From contig JBKJSJ010000077.1 of the NCBI GenBank assembly GCA_046595965.1, positions 1 through 33,707 of the forward strand: a stretch of DNA of 33,707 nt, read 5' to 3'. Within the stretch, counting starts at the first letter, position 1. Every line of letters starts with the position of its first letter. This DNA comes from Ferruginibacter sp. GTDB lineage: Bacteria > Bacteroidota > Bacteroidia > Chitinophagales > Chitinophagaceae. A program made the position numbers and the translations under genes. This document shows, piece after piece, positions 1 to 8,845 of the stretch. The notes under the pieces are model-generated. The model did not search any database, was not told the DNA's origin, and saw only the letters and a program-made list of their open reading frames with translations.

Positions 1-19
1 CTTCTGCTGTTTGTAGCAT
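1..19 (-). CDS. Possible 5' end of a gene running off the left edge (MLQTAE...)
   Basis: ATG at 19-17 on the minus strand, open to the window edge, preceded by an AT-rich intergenic region; too short to identify. Confidence 0.4.
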
Positions 20-275
20 ATATTATCGGATAATTTAATGTTGGTTGCAAATTACGATGTGAAAGTAAACAAAAATGCTGCCACGAAAAGGAGGGTTAAA
101 AAAGTTTGTTAATCTTGTCTTTGTCATTGGTGATTATGTCTGTATTTAAAAAGCATCTACTTCATTTATTTTAATTATTTGTAGGATATATTAATTGAAT
201 GCTGCAAATTTTATTTTTCATTTTAAATTCTTTAATACCAATTTACCTAATGACCATTGCTTATTCACCATGACT

Positions 276-1958
276 TCAACTCAAATACTTCCCTACAATC
301 GGTACTCTTCTGCCCACACCAAAAGCTTTAGGCGACACACGGATGATAGGGCAAAACTGATTGCGTTTGTATTCATTTACATTTACCATTTTTAAAACCC
401 GGTCCACCAATTCGGGTTCAAAACCATCTGCTTTTATTTCATCCGGCCCTTTGGCCTGTTCTATGTATTGATATAATAATTTATCCAGCACGGAATAATC
501 GGGTAAACTATCGCTGTCTTTTTGCCCCGGCCTCAGCTCTGCACTGGGAGGTTTTGTCAGTATATCTTCTGGAATAATTTCTCCATTTCGGTTTATATAT
601 TTTGCCAGCTCATACACCTGCAACTTGTAACAATCGCCCAATACTCCCAGGCCTCCCGCCATGTCTCCATAGAGTGTTCCGTAGCCTGTGGCCAGTTCAC
701 TTTTGTTGGAAGTATTCAATAATATGTAGCCAAACTTATTGGCAATAGCCATCAATAAATTTCCCCTGCTCCGACTCTGAATATTTTCTTCGGCTATGCC
801 AAAGGGTGAATCTGCAAACAGCGGTTTTAATTTATTTAAAAAACTATCGTAAATATTTTTTATAGGAATTATATCGTAAGGATTGTGCAGGTTTTTACTA
901 AGTTGTTCCGCATCCACCACAGAATGCCCGCTAGAATATTCCGATGGCATAAGCACTGCTTTTACATTTTTATTACCCAGTGCCTCGCATGCCAACACCA
1001 AAGTAACAGCACTATCAATGCCGCCACTGCTACCCAGGATGGCTTTGGTAAAACCCATCTTTGTAAAATAATCTTTAATTCCCATTATCAGTGCAGCATA
1101 CACCTGTGCTATATTCAGCGAGGGTTCCAGGCTGCCGGGATTCATTTCAGCATCGGGCAACTGGTGAGCAGGTTCAATAATTTCTCCCTCTATGGTTCCA
1201 TCTAAATTTAAAATAAATGCTTTACTGTCTTCTGTAAAGCTGGCCAGCTTACCACATAAGTTGGCGTTCTTATCAAACACTAAGGAAGTTCCGTCAAAAA
1301 CAATTTCCGTTTGGCTTCCTACAGCATTGCAATAAAACATAGGTATGCCATATTTTAATACATTGGCTTTTACAGTGGCCTGCCTGTCAGCATCATGTGT
1401 GTAGTCAAAAGGAGATGCAGATAAATTAATCATTACATCTGGCTTTTTAAGCATGAGCATGTCCATAGGACAATACCGGTACAAAGGATTACTACCCAGG
1501 TTCCAGATATCTTCACAAATAGTGACCGCTATTTTTTTTCCATTATACTCCACCACTTTCCATTCATTGGCCGGTTCAAAATAACGGTTCTCATCAAACA
1601 CATCGTAAGTGGGCAGACAGGTTTTGTGTATCACCTGCTTTACTTCTTTGTCTGCAAGAAACCATGCTGCATTAAAAAGATCTTTCCCTTCTGCCTGTGC
1701 ATTACGGTGCGGAGCACCCACAAGCACAGCTATACCATCTGCATACATTTTTATGCTGTCTATAGCTGCGTAACACTGATCTATAAAATTTTTGAAATAT
1801 AAAAAATCCCTTGGCGGATAACCACAGATGCACAGCTCGCTAAAAACAACCAGATCTGCAGCCTGTTGTTTTGCCTCCTGTATAGCACTGATTATTTTTT
1901 GTGTATTACTTTCAAAATTGCCAATATGATAATTCTGCTGAGCCAAAAATATTTTCAT
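276..1958 (-). CDS. nadE: Glutamine-dependent NAD+ synthetase
   Basis: N-terminal nitrilase-fold glutaminase domain (FSEL, HKTCLP, ICEDIW giving the E-K-C triad); C-terminal synthetase domain with SGGIDS, ENIQSRSRG, NKSE, GYGTLYGD and PSAELRPGQKD. Confidence 0.97.
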   Translation of the reverse strand: MKIFLAQQNYHIGNFESNTQKIISAIQEAKQQAADLVVFSELCICGYPPRDFLYFKNFIDQCYAAIDSIKMYADGIAVLVGAPHRNAQAEGKDLFNAAWFLADKEVKQVIHKTCLPTYDVFDENRYFEPANEWKVVEYNGKKIAVTICEDIWNLGSNPLYRYCPMDMLMLKKPDVMINLSASPFDYTHDADRQATVKANVLKYGIPMFYCNAVGSQTEIVFDGTSLVFDKNANLCGKLASFTEDSKAFILNLDGTIEGEIIEPAHQLPDAEMNPGSLEPSLNIAQVYAALIMGIKDYFTKMGFTKAILGSSGGIDSAVTLVLACEALGNKNVKAVLMPSEYSSGHSVVDAEQLSKNLHNPYDIIPIKNIYDSFLNKLKPLFADSPFGIAEENIQSRSRGNLLMAIANKFGYILLNTSNKSELATGYGTLYGDMAGGLGVLGDCYKLQVYELAKYINRNGEIIPEDILTKPPSAELRPGQKDSDSLPDYSVLDKLLYQYIEQAKGPDEIKADGFEPELVDRVLKMVNVNEYKRNQFCPIIRVSPKAFGVGRRVPIVGKYLS

Positions 1959-2036
1959 GATCCGAACGCTTAAGGAACTTAACTTTAGGTTTTTGTATTG
2001 TTGTGTAAAGTTAAATATTTCAAAAGCATTAAAACC

Positions 2037-3050
2037 ATGAGATTTTTATTAGTCATTATTTTTATAAGTGCGGGGTTGCCGGGTTGCAAAAACAAAAATA
2101 AAATTCCTGATGTTTCTGATATAAAAATTGAACTAACAACCCAGCGGTTTGAAAAAGATTTATTTTCATCGGATAGCCTGCAGCTACCGGCCAATCTTGA
2201 TAAGCTCATTGCCCGTTATCCATCATTTGGAGAAAATTTTTTAACCACTATTTTAAACACCGACCCGCATTGGGCAGCAGATTCTGCAACCGCATACATT
2301 AATAGTTTTATCAGTGCCTATCGACCTTTGTACGATTCGTCTCAAAAACTATTTTCCGATTTTTCGCTTTATGAAAAACAAATAAAAAAAGCTGCACAAT
2401 ACCTGCATTATTATTTTCCCAGCTATGCTATACCAAAAAAAATAATTACCTACATTGGCCCGTTAGATGGCTTTGGCGATATATTAGATACAGATGCATT
2501 TATTGTAGGGCTCCACCAGCACCTGGGCAGTAATTTTTCTTTGTATAAAACAGAATTAGTTAGAAATACTTACCCGGATTATATCAGCAACCGCTTTACG
2601 CCCGATTACATTGTTATTAATTGCATGAAAAATATTGTGCTGGATATGTACCCGGAAAAAATTGCAGACAAAACCCTTGTGCTGCAAATGGTAGAAAAAG
2701 GAAAGCAAATTTATTTATTGCAAAAACTGGTACCCTTTGCTAAAGAAAATATGCTGATAGGATTTACTGAAAAGCAATTAAAAGAAAGCCTGGAGAGGGA
2801 AGCCATTATCTGGGATCTTTTTGTGCAGAATAATTTTTTGCAATCGATAGATAACAATATAATTAAAAATTACATTGGCGAAAGCCCCAAAACAGCCGAA
2901 CTGGGCGAAGCTTCACCCGGCAATATTGGCTCCTTTTGCGGATGGCAGATTGTAAAAAAATACATGGATAATTTTCCTGCAACAACATTAGATAGCCTGA
3001 TGAAAACAGATTCAGAAATTATTTTTCAGCAGGCAAAATACAAACCTTAA
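2037..3050 (+). CDS. gldB: GldB-like gliding-motility-associated lipoprotein
   Basis: Start moved to ATG 2037 (MRFLLV...); lipoprotein signal LPG-C; RFEKDLF near the N-terminus; SPGNIGSFCGWQIVKKYM and a C-terminal KYKP resemble GldB; divergent from nadE as in other Bacteroidota. Confidence 0.75.
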   Translation: MRFLLVIIFISAGLPGCKNKNKIPDVSDIKIELTTQRFEKDLFSSDSLQLPANLDKLIARYPSFGENFLTTILNTDPHWAADSATAYINSFISAYRPLYDSSQKLFSDFSLYEKQIKKAAQYLHYYFPSYAIPKKIITYIGPLDGFGDILDTDAFIVGLHQHLGSNFSLYKTELVRNTYPDYISNRFTPDYIVINCMKNIVLDMYPEKIADKTLVLQMVEKGKQIYLLQKLVPFAKENMLIGFTEKQLKESLEREAIIWDLFVQNNFLQSIDNNIIKNYIGESPKTAELGEASPGNIGSFCGWQIVKKYMDNFPATTLDSLMKTDSEIIFQQAKYKP

Positions 3051-3056
3051 AAAAAA

Positions 3057-4169
3057 TTAAGCAGCCGCATGTGTTTGCGTTTCTATAACTGCGGCAGCAG
3101 GCTTTACCCCCAACTGCTTCATTACCCTAAAATGTGAAGCCAAAGCCTGCCCCAGGCTTTTATACTGGTTGTATGGAAGATTAAATTCCCTGCATTTTTG
3201 CTGTACAATTTTACTAATTGCGGGGTAATGCACATGACTTACTTTGGGAAAAAGGTGATGCTCTATCTGGTAATTTAGCCCGCCCACAAACCAGGAAATT
3301 GTTTTACTGCCCATGGCAAAATTACTGGTGGTTTTAAGCTGGTGTTCGCTCCAGGCGGTATCTATATGTTTTGTAGTATCCAAAGATATATGCTCAAACT
3401 CTGTATTTTCTACCACATGTGCCAGTTGAAAAACCAATGAAAGGGTAAGACCCATAGACACATTCATTAAAAGAAAACCTGTGAGCCAGCCCAGCCAGCC
3501 CCAAATATAAATGGGAATTGCTATAAAAATAAGCGCATACCATACTTTAGTTATCCAGAAAATGACATGGTTTTTTATATTCATTTTCCATGCATCGGTT
3601 GTATAAATTTTACGGGTAAAATATTTTGTAAAATCCATAAAGAAAATCCAGAAGATAGAAGACAAGGCATAAACGGGCAGCAAGTATAAATGCTGTACTT
3701 TATGGGCAGGCACCCATTTCTGGCTTTCGCATTGGCGGATGATGGGGCTCTTGGCAATGTCGTCATCTATACCATCTACATTAGTATAAGTATGGTGAAT
3801 AATGTTATGTTTCTGTTTCCAGAAAAAAGAACTTGCACCCAGGGCATTGGCAGAAAGGCCAATAAGATCATTGAGTTTATTATTGGGGCTGTAGCTGCCG
3901 TGGTTGGCATCGTGCATTACACTAAAGCCTATGCAGGCTGCAATAAAACCCAGTACCAATGCAAGTAATATAGCTGGCAGTGCAGGAATGTTTACCAGCA
4001 TTAAAACAGCATAAATAGTTACTGCGCTACCAATGAGAATAATTGTTTTAGAGAATAACCGCCAGTCGCCTGTTTTTTTAATTTTTTGCTGAGAAAAATA
4101 ATTATCTACTCCCAGTTTAAGGCTTACATAAAAATCGTTGTTGCTGTTGTTGAAAATGATTTTAGGCAT
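3057..4169 (-). CDS. Membrane fatty-acid (acyl-CoA/acyl-lipid) desaturase
   Basis: Three His boxes HDANH, HNIIHH and QIEHH; several TM segments; likely start MPKIIF at 4169. Confidence 0.9.
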   Translation of the reverse strand: MPKIIFNNSNNDFYVSLKLGVDNYFSQQKIKKTGDWRLFSKTIILIGSAVTIYAVLMLVNIPALPAILLALVLGFIAACIGFSVMHDANHGSYSPNNKLNDLIGLSANALGASSFFWKQKHNIIHHTYTNVDGIDDDIAKSPIIRQCESQKWVPAHKVQHLYLLPVYALSSIFWIFFMDFTKYFTRKIYTTDAWKMNIKNHVIFWITKVWYALIFIAIPIYIWGWLGWLTGFLLMNVSMGLTLSLVFQLAHVVENTEFEHISLDTTKHIDTAWSEHQLKTTSNFAMGSKTISWFVGGLNYQIEHHLFPKVSHVHYPAISKIVQQKCREFNLPYNQYKSLGQALASHFRVMKQLGVKPAAAVIETQTHAAA

Positions 4170-4293
4170 ATTGAATTGTTGATGGTTTGAAAAAGATTCA
4201 AACCCTGTTTTGTATAAAAGCAATATAGACAATATATCCATACAAATCTTGGGATGCGCTGAGATATTATGAAAATTGAAGTAAAAAACGATG

Positions 4294-4680
4294 TTAATTC
4301 ATCTTAAAAGGCACCTGCATTTCAAACGCAGGAATCACTACATTAAAAGTTTTATGAGTATTGAGGTTCTCCATTAAATAAGTGCCATGCATTCTGCCAA
4401 TTTCGCTGCGCAGGTTGCAGCCGCTCATGTATTCATATTTTTCTGCGGGTGTTATGATGGGTTGAACGCCTACTACCCCTTCGCCCTGCACTTCTTTCAT
4501 GCTGCCATTGCTGTCAAAAATATACCAGTGGCGGGTAAGTAATTTTACAGGAAAATTATTGTTGTTCTCAATGGTAATTCTATAGGCAAACATAAATTCA
4601 CTGTTCAGCGGATTGCTAAACTCCGGCTGGTAAAATGTTTCTACACTTATTTTTACGCCTCCTGATATTTTACTGGTCAT
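4294..4680 (-). CDS. apaG: ApaG domain protein
   Basis: FAYRITIEN, LLTRHWYI, VQGEGVVGVQP and G-MHGTY motifs. Confidence 0.95.
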   Translation of the reverse strand: MTSKISGGVKISVETFYQPEFSNPLNSEFMFAYRITIENNNNFPVKLLTRHWYIFDSNGSMKEVQGEGVVGVQPIITPAEKYEYMSGCNLRSEIGRMHGTYLMENLNTHKTFNVVIPAFEMQVPFKMN

Positions 4681-4732
4681 AAATGTATTTACTCTAAGTT
4701 AATAAATTTTAAGATGGCAGGGTTTAAAAAAA

Positions 4733-5074
4733 TCATCCTGTTTTTTTTGTCTGTGTATATCCATTCTTTATAAGCCAGCCCAATACTTTTTCCCTGTTAT
4801 CTCCCTGCACTAATATTTCGCCTTCTTTTACTGAGCCACCGGTGCCGCAGAAAGATTTTAATTTTTTGCCTAAGGCTTCAGCATCTGCGGCACTGCCTGC
4901 AAAACCTTCTACTAAAGTAACCGCCTTGCCTGCTCTTTGTTTGGTTTCTAATTTCACCCGCAATTTTTGCTGTGCAGGAGCAAGTGTAAAAGCATGCTGC
5001 TCTTCTGCTTCTAATTTAAAAGCAGGATCGGTAGAATAAACAATGCTCATAGTTCCTATTTTATTTTTTGGCAT
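4733..5074 (-). CDS. SUI1/YciH-family translation initiation factor
   Basis: VYSTD, RAGKAVTLVEG, LKSFCGTGGSVK and VQGD motifs. Confidence 0.92.
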   Translation of the reverse strand: MPKNKIGTMSIVYSTDPAFKLEAEEQHAFTLAPAQQKLRVKLETKQRAGKAVTLVEGFAGSAADAEALGKKLKSFCGTGGSVKEGEILVQGDNREKVLGWLIKNGYTQTKKTG

Positions 5075-5084
5075 TTAAAAAATT

Positions 5085-5936
5085 TTAATGAATGATAGCT
5101 TTTAAACTAAGATCCAAACTGGTGGCCTGGTGAATAATAGCACCGCTTGAAATATAATCGACTCCTGTGGCAGCATAACTCTCCAGGTTTTCTAAATTAA
5201 TACCACCACTAGCTTCTGTTTCGTAGCTGCCATTAATTAGTTTTAATGCTTCGGTAATTTGTTCTGGCTTAAAATTATCCAGCATGATGCGGTTTATTTT
5301 TCCTGTTTGCATTACTATTTCTACATCGGCAATACTTCTTGTTTCCACTTCTATTTTTAAGCCAGGCTTTTGCGCTTGCACATAAGCGTAAGCTTTTTCA
5401 ATGGCATTTTTTATACCTCCGCAATAATCAATATGATTGTCTTTAAGCATAATCATATCATACAATCCAAACCTGTGATTAACGGCCCCGCCAATACGCA
5501 CTGCTTCTTTTTCCAGTACCCTGAAGTTGGGTGTTGTTTTTCGGGTGTCTAACAATCTTGTTTTATAGCCGGCTAATTTTTTTACATACAAATTGGTAAG
5601 GGTGGCTATTCCACTCATGCGCTGCATACAATTTAATACGAGCCGCTCGCATTGCAAAATAGTATGCACCCTTGCTTTTACTTCAAATGCTTTTTCACCA
5701 TAAAGCATTTGCTGTCCGTCTTTTTTAATGGCATTAAATTCTACATCGGGCTGCATAAACCGGAATATTTTTTCGGCTACAATAATTCCTGCTATTATAC
5801 CATCTTGTTTTATTTTTAAAACAGCCATACCTTCTGCACCTGGTTGAATGGTGGAAAGTGTGGAATGATCTCCATCGCCCATATCTTCAATAAAAGCATT
5901 TTTTATAAGTACCTGTATCTGTGCATCTGTATTCAT
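5085..5936 (-). CDS. nadC: Nicotinate-nucleotide diphosphorylase (carboxylating), QPRTase
   Basis: ED-GD-S, RMSGIATLT, DTRKTTP, NHRFGLYD, LKDNH, EVE, MLDN and EASGGI motifs. Confidence 0.97.
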   Translation of the reverse strand: MNTDAQIQVLIKNAFIEDMGDGDHSTLSTIQPGAEGMAVLKIKQDGIIAGIIVAEKIFRFMQPDVEFNAIKKDGQQMLYGEKAFEVKARVHTILQCERLVLNCMQRMSGIATLTNLYVKKLAGYKTRLLDTRKTTPNFRVLEKEAVRIGGAVNHRFGLYDMIMLKDNHIDYCGGIKNAIEKAYAYVQAQKPGLKIEVETRSIADVEIVMQTGKINRIMLDNFKPEQITEALKLINGSYETEASGGINLENLESYAATGVDYISSGAIIHQATSLDLSLKAIIH

Positions 5937-5943
5937 ACAACAT

Positions 5944-5951
5944 CAAAGCTA
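5944..5951 (-). promoter_or_regulatory. Bacteroidota -7 promoter element for nadC
   Basis: TAGCTTTG matches TAnnTTTG, 7 nt before the ATG. Confidence 0.55.
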
Positions 5952-6092
5952 AGTATTACCGGCTTTACATTATAAATAGTACAAATAGATTTTTGCTTGC
6001 ATAATACCATCTGTGATTTCTACCTTGTTCCTGCCCTTCCGCTAAGCGGGCTTTGCACTACTTATTAAATCAACATTGTTTTTTGTAAAATT

Positions 6093-6118
6093 AAAAAAGC
6101 CCCTTTAAAACAAGGAGC
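6093..6118 (-). terminator. Intrinsic terminator after the DUF4783 gene
   Basis: Minus strand GCTCCTT-loop-AAGGGGC followed by T6. Confidence 0.65.
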
Positions 6119-6144
6119 ATTTAAAATATATTTAGGAAAAAAGA

Positions 6145-6525
6145 CTATTGGTTTTCAAACCTTATTTCCTGCAGCAGTTGCCTTTCGCCTTTCTGCTTCA
6201 TAAATATAGTAGTTCGGTAGATATTGGATTTAGTTATAAGTTTTCCAATACAATATTGCGAACCTGCATTGTCTCCTTTATGTATTACCTGGAAATCTCT
6301 TACCGTATTATTATTAAAAAAATCTTTTAGTATAATTTCTGCCTGACTCTTACTGTAGCTATTGGTTTTTTCGGGCAACGTAATCTCTACGGTATTGTCA
6401 AAGTATCTTGCTATCTGGCCTGCGTTACCCGTTTTTAAAGAAGCTACTACTTCTTCAATACCAAGAAAGCTGGTGAAAGAAGTAAGGAGTATGCAGGCAA
6501 GAAGGAGTGTAATAAATTTTTTCAT
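6145..6525 (-). CDS. DUF4783-like exported small protein
   Basis: Signal peptide; LKTGNA-IARYF-NTVEI and YSKSQAEIILKDFF motifs. Confidence 0.8.
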   Translation of the reverse strand: MKKFITLLLACILLTSFTSFLGIEEVVASLKTGNAGQIARYFDNTVEITLPEKTNSYSKSQAEIILKDFFNNNTVRDFQVIHKGDNAGSQYCIGKLITKSNIYRTTIFMKQKGERQLLQEIRFENQ

Positions 6526-6555
6526 GGTATCAATATTAAGTTCGCAAACGATTGG

Positions 6556-6571
6556 GCTAAAAACGTGCCAA
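6556..6571 (-). promoter_or_regulatory. Putative sigma-54 (-24/-12) promoter for the DUF4783 gene
   Basis: Minus strand TTGGCACGTTTTTAGC has GG-N10-GC and closely matches TGGCAC-N5-TTGC; it lies about 30 nt before the ATG. Confidence 0.65.
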
Positions 6572-6651
6572 CAAACCTTAATATTGCCGTTTTTTGCAAT
6601 ACTTTTACACAGCCGCCTTTAAGCAAATAGTTTATATAAATCTCTAATGAG

Positions 6652-6659
6652 TATTTTTG
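6652..6659 (+). promoter_or_regulatory. -7 promoter element for gpmI
   Basis: TATTTTTG matches TAnnTTTG, 4 nt before the ATG at 6664. Confidence 0.55.
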
Positions 6660-6663
6660 CAGA

Positions 6664-8178
6664 ATGGAAGATAAGAAAATAATTTTAGCCATCATGGATG
6701 GATGGGGTTTAGGCAAAGTTAAAAGCAGTGATGCTATACAACATGCTAATGTGCCTTTTGTAAGTTCATTATATACTAAATACCCCAACAGTACGCTGGT
6801 TACCTGTGGCCTGGATGTGGGCCTTCCCGAAGGCCAGATGGGCAATAGCGAAGTAGGCCATTTAAATCTGGGAGCAGGTAGAATTGTGTACCAGGAACTG
6901 GAGAGAATTAATGTAGCCATCAGGGATAAGAGTTTTCACCAGAATGCTACCCTGCTACAGGCAATAGGCCATTGCCGGCAGAATAAAAAAACACTTCACC
7001 TTATGGGGCTGGTAAGCGATGGTGGCGTGCATTCTCACATCAATCACTTAAAGGCCATTACAGAAATATGCCACGCACACGATTTTCATCATGTATTAAT
7101 TCATGCATTTACAGATGGCAGGGATACCGATCCTAAAAGCGGAATAAAATTTATAGAAGAACTTCTGCAGCACCTGGCCAAAACTACCGGTGAGCTGGCC
7201 AGCATTACAGGAAGATACTATGCCATGGACAGGGACAAAAGATGGGAACGTATAAAAATTGCTTATGATGCATTGGTGAATGGCATTGGCGAAAAATCAA
7301 CCGATCTTTTAGCGTCCATGGAAAACTCTTATGAAAATAAAGTAACCGACGAATTTATACTTCCCATCCTTAACAGCAACCTGAGAAAAACTATTTTGCA
7401 ACCCGGTGATGCAGTAATTTCTTTTAATTTTAGAACAGACCGTTGCAGGGAAATAACGGAAGTGCTTACCCAGCAAAATCATCCCGACCAGGATATGCAT
7501 ACATTAGACCTGCACTATACAACCATGACTGCTTACGACGCGGCATACAAGCACGTGGAAGTAATTTTTGAAAAAGATAACCTGGATGAAACCCTTGGAG
7601 AAGTTTTATCGACGAACGGTAAACAACAGTTACGTATAGCCGAAACTGAAAAATATCCACACGTTAGTTTTTTCTTTAGTGGCGGACGGGAAAAACCTTT
7701 TGAAGGAGAAAACAGGATTATGATACCTTCTCCCAAAGTAGCCACCTACGACCTTGAGCCAGCCATGAGTGCACAAAAAATAACGAATGCCGCTATTGCA
7801 GAAATAGAAAACAACGCCCCGGATTTTATTTGCCTTAATTATGCCAATGCAGATATGGTGGGGCATACAGGTATATGGGATGCAGTGATAAAAGCAGTGG
7901 AAACAGTAGATAATTGTGTGCAACAACTGGTAGAGGCGGCATTAAAAAAAGATTACTGCATTTTTTTAACCGCCGACCATGGTAATGCAGATTACGAGAT
8001 CAATGAAGATGGTTCTCCTAATACCGCACATACGCTAAACCTGGTGCCCTTGTTTGTAATAGATAATAAATGGAAAGGCACAGTAAAACCTGGTAAGTTG
8101 GGCGATATAGCCCCCAGTATTTTAAAAATGATGCAACTTCCCATACCAGCTATCATGAGTGGAAATGTTTTAATTTAA
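6664..8178 (+). CDS. gpmI: 2,3-bisphosphoglycerate-independent phosphoglycerate mutase
   Basis: IMDGWG, GQMGNSEVGH, DGGVHSH, GRYYAMDRD, AETEKYPHV, DMVGHTG and TADHGNA motifs. Confidence 0.98.
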   Translation: MEDKKIILAIMDGWGLGKVKSSDAIQHANVPFVSSLYTKYPNSTLVTCGLDVGLPEGQMGNSEVGHLNLGAGRIVYQELERINVAIRDKSFHQNATLLQAIGHCRQNKKTLHLMGLVSDGGVHSHINHLKAITEICHAHDFHHVLIHAFTDGRDTDPKSGIKFIEELLQHLAKTTGELASITGRYYAMDRDKRWERIKIAYDALVNGIGEKSTDLLASMENSYENKVTDEFILPILNSNLRKTILQPGDAVISFNFRTDRCREITEVLTQQNHPDQDMHTLDLHYTTMTAYDAAYKHVEVIFEKDNLDETLGEVLSTNGKQQLRIAETEKYPHVSFFFSGGREKPFEGENRIMIPSPKVATYDLEPAMSAQKITNAAIAEIENNAPDFICLNYANADMVGHTGIWDAVIKAVETVDNCVQQLVEAALKKDYCIFLTADHGNADYEINEDGSPNTAHTLNLVPLFVIDNKWKGTVKPGKLGDIAPSILKMMQLPIPAIMSGNVLI

Positions 8179-8187
8179 GATAAAAGA

Positions 8188-8685
8188 ATGAAAAGAATTG
8201 CAAAAAGAATTTTGTTATCCCTGCTGGTCTTGTTTTTATTAATACAGTTTATTCCCAGGCCTAAGAAAAACATTGATGCCAATATATCAACTGATATTAC
8301 CAGGGTACATTCCGTTCCATCAAATGTGCAGTCTGTATTGAAAACATGCTGTTATGATTGCCACAGCAATAACACTTATTATCCCTGGTATTATAATCTG
8401 CAACCGGTAGCATGGTGGTTGGATAATCATATTAAGGATGCCAAAAAAGAATTGAACTTTTCTGAATTTGCCAGTTATAACCTTGCCAGGCAATACCGCA
8501 AGCTGGAGGAAATATCCAAAGAAGTTAAAGAAGATGAAATGCCTTTGCCCTCTTATACGCTGATACACCGGTATGCAAAACCAAGTACAGAACAAAAGCT
8601 TGCTATTGCCAACTGGACTGCAATGCTAAGGGATAGTATGAAACGAAACTACCCGGTTGACAGCTTAATTAGAAAGAAGAAATAA
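8188..8685 (+). CDS. Haem-binding domain protein (c-type CxxCH, Haem_bd-like)
   Basis: N-terminal signal/anchor ending LIQFI; CYDCHSNNT-YPWY, LNFSE and EMPL-SY-H motifs. Confidence 0.85.
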   Translation: MKRIAKRILLSLLVLFLLIQFIPRPKKNIDANISTDITRVHSVPSNVQSVLKTCCYDCHSNNTYYPWYYNLQPVAWWLDNHIKDAKKELNFSEFASYNLARQYRKLEEISKEVKEDEMPLPSYTLIHRYAKPSTEQKLAIANWTAMLRDSMKRNYPVDSLIRKKK

Positions 8686-8845
8686 ATTATTAAACTTATT
8701 TTTTAATATACTCAATGCATACTTTATCTGAAACAAAATAACTAAAAGCACAACTGGCTAAAATAAAATTATATTTTTTAATAAAATACATCCAGTGTTT
8801 TAATAATTTTTTTTGCAGCAAAAAAGATTATTTAAGAATTATTTC

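Noticed and set aside
6220-6231. 12-nt complementarity between the putative sRNA (GAUAUUGGAUUU) and the DUF4783 mRNA
   Set aside because: An AT-rich 12-mer match is plausible by chance in 34 kb, and it lies deep in the coding region; kept only as a candidate for target prediction
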